From Firmicutes bacterium CAG:145 (lineage in GTDB: Bacteria; Bacillota; Clostridia; Peptostreptococcales; Anaerovoracaceae): a stretch of DNA of 64,000 nt. Below the pieces are notes generated by a model. It saw nothing but the letters and a program-made list of their open reading frames with translations, made no database searches and was not told the origin of the DNA. Shown one piece after another: positions 1 through 9,693 of the stretch (position 1 is its first letter; each line of letters opens with the position of its first letter). A program made the position numbers and the translations under genes. The stretch lies in the NCBI GenBank assembly GCA_000435715.1, contig FR882601.1:28477-92476 (forward strand), given 5' to 3'.

Positions 1-272
1 AAGTCTGTATATAGCTTTCCATGTTTTCTTCTTTATTTTGCTTTTCATAAATCTATTTTAACATACGAGGAGAATGGTTGCCAACTCCGCATTATTGTAA
101 ATTTTCAAGGCGATACAAAACATTTCTGCAAAACCCGAAAATTTTTTCAGTACTTATATTTTTTAGCGAAAATAGTAAAAATTCTCACGACATTCTTAAC
201 GATATCTTAACGAAAATTTAGCGAAATGGTGGTAAAATATAATGCAAGTAAAGTTAAAGAGAAAGGGTTTAT

Positions 273-3200
273 ATGAGACTTGGTATAGATGTAGGTTCAA
301 CGACAGTAAAATTAGTTCTGATAGACGAGAATGAGAAAGTGATCTATCAGAGATACGAAAGACATATGTCCAGCGTATTTGATAAAGTCAGAGAACTGCT
401 TGAAGACCTGATAGATACGGTGGGAGATATTGATGTAAAGTGCGTTATAACGGGTTCCGGGGGACTGGCTCTGGCAGAGAAGATAGGAGCCAGATTTGAG
501 CAGGAGGTGGTCACCTGCTCTCTTGCCGTAGAAAAGTTGATTCCCCAGACAGACGTAGCCATCGAACTTGGGGGAGAAGACGCAAAAATTACATATTTTG
601 GAAGCGCCATAGAACAGAGAATGAACGGTACTTGCGCAGGCGGTACCGGAGCTTTCATAGACCAGATGGCCATCCTCCTGAGTACTGACGGAGAAGGTTT
701 AAACGAAGCAGCAAAAAAATACGAAGTGATATATCCAATTGCGGCCAGGTGCGGCGTCTTTGCAAAGACAGATATACAGCCGCTCATAAACGAGGGGGCG
801 CCTCTTTCAAATCTGGCGGCTTCCATATTTCAGGCAGTGGTCAATCAGACTATAAGCGGATTGGCATGCGGACATAAGATAAAGGGAAACGTGGCGTTTC
901 TGGGCGGCCCTCTTACATATATGTCAGAACTCAGGAACAGATTTATACAGACGCTGGGATTGAAGCCGGAAGAAGTGATATTTCCGGAAAACTCGAAGTA
1001 TTTTGTCGCCTTAGGAGCGGCATTTACGGCTGAGAAATCAAGTCCTGTAAAGATAGGCGCTATACTAAATAAGGTGAAGCATGTAGACGCTCTGTCCATG
1101 GCCGGAGCCAAGAGAATAGAGCCTCTTTTTAAAGACGAAGAAGAATATGAGGCTTTTAAAGAAAGACATGCCAGAGCTAAAATAGAAAGAAGAGACATAA
1201 AAGACGCTGAGGGACCACTTTTCCTCGGTATAGACGCAGGCTCAACTACGACTAAGGCCGCCCTCATCGACAGGGATAAAAAACTTCTGTACAGTTTTTA
1301 CAGAGGCAATGAAGGAAACCCTCTGGCTACCACCAAGCAGATGCTAAAAGAAGTCTACGATCTTATTCCTGAAGGCGCTTATATAGCCAATACCACAGTC
1401 ACAGGATACGGAGAGGGACTGATAAAGGCAGGTTTCAACGCAGATTACGGCATAATAGAGACCATGGCCCATTATAAAGCCGCCGAAGAATTCTTGCCGG
1501 GGGTGGACTTTATCCTGGACATAGGCGGCCAGGACATGAAGTGCATGAGGATAAAAGACCACGCTATCTACAGCATAATGCTCAACGAAGCGTGTTCTTC
1601 AGGTTGCGGCTCGTTCATAGAGACTTATGCCAAATCTGTGGATATGCCGGTGGAAGAATTTGCTCAGGTAGGCATACATGCCAAGAACCCTGTAGATCTG
1701 GGAACAAGATGCACCGTGTTCATGAACTCAATGGTAAAGCAGGCGCAGAAGGAAGGAGCCGATATAAGCGATATAGCCGCGGGACTTTCCTATTCCGTGA
1801 TAAAAAACGCTCTTTATAAAGTGATAAAACTGAGGAATTCCGAAGAAGCCGGCGAAAAGATAGTCGTGCAGGGGGGGACTTTCCTCAACGAATCTGTCCT
1901 CAGAGCCATAGAGAAGGTACTCGGAAAGGAAGTAGTCCGTCCTGATATAGCAGGTATAATGGGGGCTTACGGCTGCGCCATAAATTCTCTGGAAAATTTT
2001 GAAGAAAGACATATTTCTTTCGTCACACCTGCCGATTGCCTGGACGATTTTAAATCCGCCACATCAAATACCAGATGCAGGGGATGCGAAAACAACTGCA
2101 TGCTGACGGTGACAAGATTTGCGGACGGAGCCAGATACATAACAGGAAACAGATGTGAAAAAGGCGCTGGAAAAGATGAAGAGCACAGCGATCTGCCGGA
2201 TCTGTACGAATATAAATTGAAAAGACTTTTCGAATATGAGCCTCTGACGGATCATGAGGCCGTGCGGGGAAGAGTAGCTATTCCGAGAGTACTCAACGTA
2301 TACGAAAATTATCCATTCTGGTTCACGTTTTTCACTAAACTTAAATTCAGAGTAGTACTTTCACCTAATTCATCTAAGGAGCTCTACGAAAAAGGCATAG
2401 ATACCATATCTTCCGATACTGCGTGTTATCCGGCTAAGATGGTTCACGGTCACATCAAGACCCTCGTAGAGATGGGCGAGAAATGGATATTCTATCCGTG
2501 CATCAATTATGAACAGAAAGAGGACGATGAAGCTCAGAATCACTATAACTGTCCTATTGTCGCCACTTATCCGGAAGTCATAGCCAATAATATGGATGAA
2601 TTGTTCAGAGAAGAAGGCGTTGTGTTCTCTCATCCTTTTGTGCCATATGATGATGATAAACGTCTGGTGAGACGTCTGTTGGAAATATTTGCTGATAAAG
2701 ACATTCCCCAGACAGAGATAAGAGAGGCGGTCAGAGCAGCGAGAGAAGAAGAGAATAAGTTTAAAGATGATGTCAGGAGAGCGGGCGAGGAAGCTCTAAG
2801 ATATATTGCCGAACACGGGAAAAAAGGAATAATTTTGTCGGGCCGTCCTTATCACTTGGATAAGGAGATAAATCACGGCATAAACAAGATGATAACGTCT
2901 TACGATATGGCGGTACTTTCAGAAGATTCCGTATGTCATCTGAGCGATCTCAAGCGTCCTGTCAGAGTGCTGGATCAGTGGACTTATCATTCCAGACTGT
3001 ATAAAGCGGCTGATTTTGCCGGCACGAGAGACGATGTGGAACTGATACAGCTCAACTCTTTCGGCTGCGGCGTAGACGCAGTGACTACCGACCAGGTAGA
3101 AGAAATATTAGAAAACAATAATAAGCTGTATACCGTCCTGAAGATAGACGAGGGGACTAATCTCGGAGCGGCGCGGATACGCATACGTTCTCTTAAGGCT

Positions 3201-4532
3201 GCCATAGACGAGAGAAGCAAAAATGGTATAAAACCTGTCCATTATGACAGACCATACGAGAGAAAATATTTTACTAAAGAGATGAAACAGGACTATACTC
3301 TCATAATTCCTCAGATGTCTCCGATTCATTTTCAGTATTTTGAGGTTGCGCTTAAAGCCAGCGGATATAAAGCGGTGCTCATGCCTACGATAGACAAAAA
3401 CGCCATAGACGAGGGCCTAAGATATGTCAACAACGACGCATGTTATCCAACACTTGTCACGCTGGGAAAGATGATCAGCGCTTTGAAGTCCGGAGAATAC
3501 GACCTTGACAGGACTGCTCTCATAATGTCGCAGACAGGCGGCGGATGCAGAGCCAGCAATTATATCGCTCTGCTGAGAAAAGCCCTAAAAGACTTGGGGA
3601 TGGAACAAGTGCCGGTGGTTTCTTTCAACATGGCAGGGCTTGAATCCAATCCGGGATTCAAGATAAGCGTATCCATGGGAAAAAGGGTGATAATCGGAGC
3701 CATGTACGGAGATCTGTTCCAGAGACTCTTATACGCTACCAGACCTTATGAGAAAATCGAGGGAAGCGCCGAAGCTATAATGAAGAAGTATGAAAAGGAG
3801 ATATTTCAAAATTGCAGAGACGGCAAGATCTCAACATATAAAAAGCTTGTCAAAAAGATCGTCGAGGATTATGACGCCCTGCCTCTTACAGATGAAAAGA
3901 AACCGAGGGTGGGAGTAGTCGGAGAAATCCTGGTAAAATATCATCCCGATGCCAACAACAACATAGTGGATATCATAGAAAAAGAAGGCGGAGAGGCGGT
4001 AGTATTAGACCTGGTGGACTTTTTCTTGTACGGAATGTACAGCAAGAAATTCAACTACGAGAAACTTTCGGGCTCGTATATGAAATACAAGGGAAACCAG
4101 ATTGCGATAAAAGTCGTGGAATGGTTCCGCAAGCCTATGAGAAAGGCCCTCAGAGAAAGCAGGCGGTTCTGCGAACCTTCTTACATAGAACATACGGCTA
4201 AAGAAGCGTCCCAGATAGCGTCCATAGGAAATCAGTGCGGAGAAGGCTGGCTCCTTACGGGTGAAATGATCGAACTCATAAAGAGCGGCGCCACCAATAT
4301 AGCGTGTCTGCAGCCTTTTGCCTGTCTGCCTAATCACGTCACTGGAAAAGGAATGATGAAGGCTATAAGAGAGCGATTTCCAAAGGCTAACATAGTGGCT
4401 ATCGACTATGATCCGGGGGCCAGCGATACTAATCAGCTGAATCGTATAAAATTGATGATGGCTACGGCTCACAAGAATTTTGATGAAGCCGAGCAAGTTT
4501 GCGAGAACCTCGGGGTTCCAAATATTTTCTAA
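273..4532 (+). CDS. Large fusion protein. It has two tandem BadF/BadG/BcrA/BcrD-type (HgdC-like) ATPase activator modules followed by an HgdB/DUF2229-like 2-hydroxyacyl-CoA dehydratase-related domain. This matches the family annotated as CoA-substrate-specific enzyme activase.
   Basis: A 1419-aa ORF. N-terminus [18 protein letters not shown] is the ASKHA phosphate-1 motif. A second copy, [18 protein letters not shown], sits near residue 310. The Cys-rich C-terminal half is typical of the dehydratase component. This architecture is common in Clostridia. Confidence 0.75.
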   Translation: MRLGIDVGSTTVKLVLIDENEKVIYQRYERHMSSVFDKVRELLEDLIDTVGDIDVKCVITGSGGLALAEKIGARFEQEVVTCSLAVEKLIPQTDVAIELGGEDAKITYFGSAIEQRMNGTCAGGTGAFIDQMAILLSTDGEGLNEAAKKYEVIYPIAARCGVFAKTDIQPLINEGAPLSNLAASIFQAVVNQTISGLACGHKIKGNVAFLGGPLTYMSELRNRFIQTLGLKPEEVIFPENSKYFVALGAAFTAEKSSPVKIGAILNKVKHVDALSMAGAKRIEPLFKDEEEYEAFKERHARAKIERRDIKDAEGPLFLGIDAGSTTTKAALIDRDKKLLYSFYRGNEGNPLATTKQMLKEVYDLIPEGAYIANTTVTGYGEGLIKAGFNADYGIIETMAHYKAAEEFLPGVDFILDIGGQDMKCMRIKDHAIYSIMLNEACSSGCGSFIETYAKSVDMPVEEFAQVGIHAKNPVDLGTRCTVFMNSMVKQAQKEGADISDIAAGLSYSVIKNALYKVIKLRNSEEAGEKIVVQGGTFLNESVLRAIEKVLGKEVVRPDIAGIMGAYGCAINSLENFEERHISFVTPADCLDDFKSATSNTRCRGCENNCMLTVTRFADGARYITGNRCEKGAGKDEEHSDLPDLYEYKLKRLFEYEPLTDHEAVRGRVAIPRVLNVYENYPFWFTFFTKLKFRVVLSPNSSKELYEKGIDTISSDTACYPAKMVHGHIKTLVEMGEKWIFYPCINYEQKEDDEAQNHYNCPIVATYPEVIANNMDELFREEGVVFSHPFVPYDDDKRLVRRLLEIFADKDIPQTEIREAVRAAREEENKFKDDVRRAGEEALRYIAEHGKKGIILSGRPYHLDKEINHGINKMITSYDMAVLSEDSVCHLSDLKRPVRVLDQWTYHSRLYKAADFAGTRDDVELIQLNSFGCGVDAVTTDQVEEILENNNKLYTVLKIDEGTNLGAARIRIRSLKAAIDERSKNGIKPVHYDRPYERKYFTKEMKQDYTLIIPQMSPIHFQYFEVALKASGYKAVLMPTIDKNAIDEGLRYVNNDACYPTLVTLGKMISALKSGEYDLDRTALIMSQTGGGCRASNYIALLRKALKDLGMEQVPVVSFNMAGLESNPGFKISVSMGKRVIIGAMYGDLFQRLLYATRPYEKIEGSAEAIMKKYEKEIFQNCRDGKISTYKKLVKKIVEDYDALPLTDEKKPRVGVVGEILVKYHPDANNNIVDIIEKEGGEAVVLDLVDFFLYGMYSKKFNYEKLSGSYMKYKGNQIAIKVVEWFRKPMRKALRESRRFCEPSYIEHTAKEASQIASIGNQCGEGWLLTGEMIELIKSGATNIACLQPFACLPNHVTGKGMMKAIRERFPKANIVAIDYDPGASDTNQLNRIKLMMATAHKNFDEAEQVCENLGVPNIF

Positions 4533-4776
4533 TTAAAAATCAAAACTGGTTTGAGAGCATTTTCAATGAAAATGCTCTTTTTTGAATTATTAGAACATCT
4601 AAAAAACAATTAACAAAAAATAAACATTATAATATTATAAAAATATATGTTGGTATAAAACAAATTAGAAAGGAGGCAAGATATTGGACAGAAAGAGCAG
4701 GATCTAAAATAATAATTGTTAATAAAAACTATTTTTTGAAATTATTGCTATTTAAAATGTAAATGAGATAATTAAA

Positions 4777-5175
4777 ATGAAAAAGAAAAGTATAATTATT
4801 ATTAGTTTCTTATGCACAATCCTTTTATTTACTAATGTTATATATGTTTTCGCTGATACAGATCAAAACTATCAAAATTTAGATATAATTGAAATAAATA
4901 AAGAAAATATTGATAATGGAAGTTTAAAATATGGCTTGACCGTTTATGAAGATGGGAGTGTTACTGCTACGCCTGCTGCAATTTTTGACTTTGGTATGCA
5001 GTCTTATGATGGAATTTTAGATTTACAATCGTGGTCCGGTACACAGATAGTGTTCTCTATCAAATTAACATCAACCAATGCGAAGATGCTGTCACATTCA
5101 GGTACTATTTCTATTCATAAGGTGGGTTTTTTGAGTTTGATAGGCGATTTATATAATTCTCAAACTTTAATATGA
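4777..5175 (+). CDS. Small secreted hypothetical protein with an N-terminal signal peptide, lying in an AT-rich islet.
   Basis: 132 aa. MKKKSIIIISFLCTILLFTNVIYVFA is a signal-peptide-like hydrophobic N-terminus followed by a polar domain. The surrounding DNA at 4540-5340 is strongly AT-rich compared with its flanks. Confidence 0.4.
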   Translation: MKKKSIIIISFLCTILLFTNVIYVFADTDQNYQNLDIIEINKENIDNGSLKYGLTVYEDGSVTATPAAIFDFGMQSYDGILDLQSWSGTQIVFSIKLTSTNAKMLSHSGTISIHKVGFLSLIGDLYNSQTLI

Positions 5176-5359
5176 AAAGCGACGCGGGAGCTGTCTCTCA
5201 TTTAAGCGAGACATATCGTATGTATGTAGGAAATGAAGATGAAATATATATTAAACTCTCAAATTTAAAGGTTAACAGATTAAACGATGGGCTGTTATCT
5301 ATACCAAGCTCTCAAAAGAAATTTGATAAAAGTAATATTTAGCGTGGAAAGGAGGAGCT

Positions 5360-5875
5360 ATGAAATACGTTTCTGGAGCGGAGATTTTCCAAAGTGAAAA
5401 GACGGTCAGCGTGCGCGCGGAAGAATGTCTTAAAGGCGAACCTGCCTTGGAATCGGAGATGGAAAGATTGATTACGGAAAACGTATGCTTGCAGAGGGCT
5501 CTCGCCGAAGAATATGTACTTCGAGAAGACGCCATGAGGAGTGACGAGAGCCTTCTTCCGGAGTTTTTCAGCCTAAACTGTCAGTTTTTTACGGGCGCCT
5601 TTGTCGAAAAACAGCAGCTTTTAAATATACTTAAAAGAATATATGAGACGATTTACCGAATAAGAAATGAAAAAGGGGAGATCATCGGCTATCACACGGC
5701 TGACACTTCTCCCGTAGCGTTAGATCTGATCAAGAATCTCTATGACAGGGGAATGTTGAATAAATATATCGTTCACTTCATGTCGCTTAAGGAACAGAAT
5801 ATTTTACGGCCTTACGCCATTTCCGCAAGGCCGAGAAAAAAGGATCAGCTGGTGGCAAGACTCAAGAAGTCTTAG
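5360..5875 (+). CDS. Hypothetical protein, 171 aa.
   Basis: Good RBS ggaggagct immediately before the ATG. I recognise no family. Confidence 0.45.
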   Translation: MKYVSGAEIFQSEKTVSVRAEECLKGEPALESEMERLITENVCLQRALAEEYVLREDAMRSDESLLPEFFSLNCQFFTGAFVEKQQLLNILKRIYETIYRIRNEKGEIIGYHTADTSPVALDLIKNLYDRGMLNKYIVHFMSLKEQNILRPYAISARPRKKDQLVARLKKS

Positions 5876-6067
5876 AAACGGATTTTTATGATCAAATTGA
5901 AAGCAGCATCAGAAATGCGGGGTTTGGAGTCTTTATAAGCAACAGGCTGACCGCCCAGGAGCTGGAGCAAGACGCGTATATTCAGGCTCTGATAGAATCA
6001 AGCCATGATGTATATATCTATGCCTCAGAGGATGAGGGATTCCTACGCATCGTCGTCAAATAATATC

Positions 6068-6096
6068 TTGAAAGTGGGACATCGGGGTGGTATAAT
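6068..6096 (+). promoter_or_regulatory. Sigma-A-type promoter for yebC. TTGAAA, 17 nt, TATAAT, with an extended TG.
   Basis: ttgaaa at 6068-6073, a 17-nt spacer ending in gtgg, and tataat at 6091-6096, about 40 nt upstream of the ATG at 6137. Confidence 0.45.
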
Positions 6097-6136
6097 ATCA
6101 CAGTAGAAAATTTCACTTAAGTTAGGAGGTGTCTCC

Positions 6137-6865
6137 ATGGGAAGACACGGTACGATAGCCGGAAGAAAAGCGGCACAGGACTCAAAGAGAGCGGCGATGT
6201 TCACCAAATATGCAAGAGCCATCACCGTCGCGGCTAAGGACGGAGGAGATCCTGAATACAATGCGTCACTGAGACTGGCAATAGAGAAGGCCAAGGCCAT
6301 TTCTATGCCTAACGATAATATCAACAGAGCCATCAAAAAAGGTACGGGAGAACTGGCGGGAGAAACTTACGAGGAGCTGAAGTTCGAGGGCTACGGCGTA
6401 GCCGGCGTGGCCGTCATAGTCGAAGCGCTTACGGATAACAATAACAGGACTACCTCGGCGGTACGTTCCACTTTTGACAAGTATGGCGGCAACCTGGGAT
6501 CTCCGGGATGCGTATCATACATGTTTTCGAGAAAAGGCATTATACTCATCGAAAAGTCTGACGATATAGATGAGGACGCTTTATTGGAGGCGGCTCTGGA
6601 GGCCGGCGCCGACGATATGATAACAAATGAGGACAGTTTCGAGATAGTCACAGATCCGGCGGTACATACAGAGGTGCACCACGCACTTACAGATGCCGGA
6701 TATGAGATCGCTGAATCTGATGTGGAACAGGTGCCTTCCATGGAGTCCACTCCTACAGATCCGGGAGATATAAAGAAACTGGCGAAGATGATCGAAGTCC
6801 TCGAAGATAACGACGACGTTCAGAAAGTCTATACAAATTGTTCCATCGACCTTTATGAGGAATAA
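6137..6865 (+). CDS. yebC: YebC/PmpR family DNA-binding transcriptional regulator.
   Basis: N-terminus MGRHGTIAGRKAAQDSKRAAMFTKYARAI and a length of 242 aa are both typical of YebC. Confidence 0.9.
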   Translation: MGRHGTIAGRKAAQDSKRAAMFTKYARAITVAAKDGGDPEYNASLRLAIEKAKAISMPNDNINRAIKKGTGELAGETYEELKFEGYGVAGVAVIVEALTDNNNRTTSAVRSTFDKYGGNLGSPGCVSYMFSRKGIILIEKSDDIDEDALLEAALEAGADDMITNEDSFEIVTDPAVHTEVHHALTDAGYEIAESDVEQVPSMESTPTDPGDIKKLAKMIEVLEDNDDVQKVYTNCSIDLYEE

Positions 6866-7072
6866 TTTTTCCGAAGGCTACTTATAATTAAAATATTCCT
6901 GGGTTATGCGTTGAGGAATCATAATTGAACCTACAGTTTTGCATCGGGAATTCGGAGTTTTCGAAGCGTTATGTCAGGCCCATATTTCAGGGGAAGACAG
7001 AGGTTAGAAACAGAATACCCACCTATCATAAGATAGGGCATCAATTATCTCCTCGACGGTATCCCGGGTCTT

Positions 7073-7106
7073 GAATTCCAACAGTTTAACTGTTGGAATT
7101 TCTTTT
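7073..7106 (+). terminator. Strong intrinsic terminator hairpin. It may be the expression platform of a leader element upstream of the FNT gene.
   Basis: gaattccaacagtt, loop ta, then aactgttggaatt followed by tctttt. That is a 13-14 bp stem plus a U-tract. Confidence 0.55.
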
Positions 7107-7231
7107 AGAATCATTATTTTTGCCTTTGTGAATTATTTATAAATTTGCCAAAAGGGGGTAGTCAAATACTCCCAAATATTATAGAATAGACCAGGTAATT
7201 CATCACAGGAAAAAAGGTAAGGTAAGGAATA

Positions 7232-8074
7232 ATGAATCATTTAAAACCATCAGAGATATTGGAGACAACGGTAGAAAACGGCATAGCAAAATCCGGCAGT
7301 TCTTTTAAAAAACTGTTTATACTCGGAATAATGGCCGGAGCATATATAGCCTTCGCAGGAGCGGCGGCCAACATGGCCTCTTTCAATCTGCTGTTGAGTT
7401 CAGAGACTTTCGGTCTCGGAAAAATATTGTCGGGTACTATATTCACAGGAGGGATCATAATGGTCACTCTGGCAGGAGCAGAGCTGTTTACGGGAAATAA
7501 CCTGATGACGCTGGCGGTTCTTGAAAAGAAGATTGCCGTATCCGGACTCCTGAGAAATTGGGCGATCGTTTACATAGCTAATTTTGCCGGAAGCGTACTT
7601 ATAGCGTGGATGGTATATAACACCAGAACATTGTCTTCGGGAGGAGATATGCTGGGAGCCTTTACAGTAAAAGTAGCGGCAGGAAAAGTAAACATGGACT
7701 TCCTGCAGTGCCTTGTTTCGGGAATCTTGTGTAACTGGCTTGTCTGCCTTGCAGTATGGTCATCCACGGGAGCCGGGTCTACCGTAGGCAAGATCTTCGC
7801 ATTGTTTTTTCCCATATGGCTCTTTGTCACAGGAGGATTTGAACACAGCGTTGCCAACATGTATTTTATTTCCGCCGGTATATTCGCCGCCCAGAACGAG
7901 GTGTTTGCAGCTCTTTCAGGCGCAGCTCCTGAAGCGCTGTCCAATCTGAACTGGGAGGGAATGATAACAGACAACCTTTTGCCGGTAACGATAGGAAATA
8001 TAATAGGAGGAGCATTCTTTGTAGCCACAGCATACTGGCTTGCTTTAAAAGGAGGAAAAGGCGATGTCAAATAG
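7232..8074 (+). CDS. Formate/nitrite transporter (FNT) family channel.
   Basis: 280 aa with six TM segments. The FNT signatures FTGGIIMVTLAGAELFTGN and GFEHSVANMY are present. Confidence 0.85.
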   Translation: MNHLKPSEILETTVENGIAKSGSSFKKLFILGIMAGAYIAFAGAAANMASFNLLLSSETFGLGKILSGTIFTGGIIMVTLAGAELFTGNNLMTLAVLEKKIAVSGLLRNWAIVYIANFAGSVLIAWMVYNTRTLSSGGDMLGAFTVKVAAGKVNMDFLQCLVSGILCNWLVCLAVWSSTGAGSTVGKIFALFFPIWLFVTGGFEHSVANMYFISAGIFAAQNEVFAALSGAAPEALSNLNWEGMITDNLLPVTIGNIIGGAFFVATAYWLALKGGKGDVK

Positions 8075-9668
8075 ACAGCTTACGGTCAGAGGACTTATAA
8101 TAGGGGCCTTAGGGAGCATAGTTCTCACCATGAGTTCCATGTTCATAGCTTTGAAGCTGAGTTCAGTTCCATGGCCCATAATGTTTGTCGTCCTCGTATC
8201 CATGTTTATATTGAAGCTTTGCGGAAATACTAATCTTCAGGAGATAAACGTCACTCAGACCGCCATGTCCGCCGGGGCCATGGTAGCCGGAGGTTTGGCG
8301 TTTACCATACCGGGCATATGGATGCTTAATCCCGATGCCGACGTAAACCTGGGAGACCTTCTGGCAGTGACTTTAGGAGGAGTGGTTTTAGGTCTAATAT
8401 TTACGGCATTGTTCAGAAAATATTTCATAGAGACTAAACAGCTCCCTTTTGCGATGGGCCAGGCCGCAGCGGCTACTCTTGAGGTAAGTGACAAAGGTTC
8501 TAAAAAAGTAATACTGCTCTTCGCTTCTATGCTGGCGGCAGGCATATTTACTTATTTCAGAGACTGGAAGATGAAGATAGCTTCTACCATCTTAAGTTCC
8601 AAGACGGCCGTATACGGTTCATTTATGGGCATATGGCTTTCGCCAATGCTGATATCCATAGGATATATAATAGGGCCTGTCGTCATAGGCGTATGGTTTC
8701 TCGGAGCGCTTATAGGCGATGCAGGTATCCTCATAGGAGGAGTAGAACTGGGACTGTGGGATTCTGCTACAGCGGCAGATATCAAGTCGTCCCTCGGTAT
8801 AGGTCTCATGGTAGGAACGGGAATAGGGATACTTGTCAAAGGTATCATCCCCAAAGCTAAAGATATTTTCGGCTCCATGTTTGTCAAGGATAAGCTGGGA
8901 GATAACTTTATAAATATGAGATGGGCGCCTCTGATAATGGTGATATTGGCCTTTGTATTTACAGTGGTCACAGATATGGGCATCGCCGCCTCCATCGTCA
9001 CTATCCTGGGGGCTTGGCTGACCACGTCCATGTCTGCTCAATGCGTGGGGCAGTCCGGCATCAATCCTATGGAGATATTCGGAATAATAATCCTTATAGC
9101 TGCTAAAGCAGTTTCCAATATAGGGGAGGTAGAATCCTTTTTTGTAGCGGCAGTCATAGCGGTAGCCTGCGGCCTGGTAGGAGATGTGATGAACGATTTC
9201 AAGGCAGGACATATGCTTAAAACTAATCCAAAAGCCCAGTGGATAGCAGAAGTAGTCGGCGGCCTGGTGGGAGGCGTAGTATCGGTATGTATCTTGTTCG
9301 TCATACTAAAGGCCTACGGTCCGGAAGCCTTCGGCAGTGAGATGTTCCCTGCCGCGCAGGCGTCTGCAGTTGCCGCCATGGTAGGCGGGATTTCACATAT
9401 GCCGGCCTTTATAATAGGACTCATAGCGGCGACGGTTTTATACTGTGTTAATTTTCCCGTCATTACATTGGGACTGGGAGTATACCTGCCGTTTTATCTG
9501 TCGGCTACGGCGGCTATAGGCGGAGCTGTAAGGTTTATCGTCGACAAGGCAGCTCCTAAGTTTGAAAGAGACGGCAAGGGAACGATAATAGCTTCCGGAC
9601 TTTTAGGCGGAGAGTCCATAGTGGGAGTTGTCATAGCTATGTACTACGCTTATCAGATAATAGTATAA
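8064..9668 (+). CDS. OPT-family (oligopeptide transporter superfamily) membrane transporter.
   Basis: A 534-aa polytopic membrane protein with Gly-rich TM helices. Its start overlaps the FNT stop by 11 nt, which suggests translational coupling. Confidence 0.7.
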   Translation: MSNRQLTVRGLIIGALGSIVLTMSSMFIALKLSSVPWPIMFVVLVSMFILKLCGNTNLQEINVTQTAMSAGAMVAGGLAFTIPGIWMLNPDADVNLGDLLAVTLGGVVLGLIFTALFRKYFIETKQLPFAMGQAAAATLEVSDKGSKKVILLFASMLAAGIFTYFRDWKMKIASTILSSKTAVYGSFMGIWLSPMLISIGYIIGPVVIGVWFLGALIGDAGILIGGVELGLWDSATAADIKSSLGIGLMVGTGIGILVKGIIPKAKDIFGSMFVKDKLGDNFINMRWAPLIMVILAFVFTVVTDMGIAASIVTILGAWLTTSMSAQCVGQSGINPMEIFGIIILIAAKAVSNIGEVESFFVAAVIAVACGLVGDVMNDFKAGHMLKTNPKAQWIAEVVGGLVGGVVSVCILFVILKAYGPEAFGSEMFPAAQASAVAAMVGGISHMPAFIIGLIAATVLYCVNFPVITLGLGVYLPFYLSATAAIGGAVRFIVDKAAPKFERDGKGTIIASGLLGGESIVGVVIAMYYAYQIIV

Positions 9669-9693
9669 AAAAACAGAGAAAGACGGGGGTTTT

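Noticed and set aside
347-826. Many antisense or alternate-frame ORFs overlapping confidently assigned genes. Examples are 347-826 (-), 8619-9212 (-), 18833-19654 (-), 20915-21781 (-), 22648-22992 (+) and 39689-40288 (-).
   Set aside because: Each lies fully inside a longer ORF with clear family-level homology on the other strand or frame. They have Ser/Arg/Pro-rich composition typical of non-coding reading frames and no RBS.
5876-6060. Short open frames between the 5360-5875 ORF and the yebC promoter, such as a 16-codon MIKLKAASEMRGLESL.
   Set aside because: No frame exceeds about 55 codons and none has RBS support. This is probably non-coding or a decayed gene remnant. I cannot support it as a feature.
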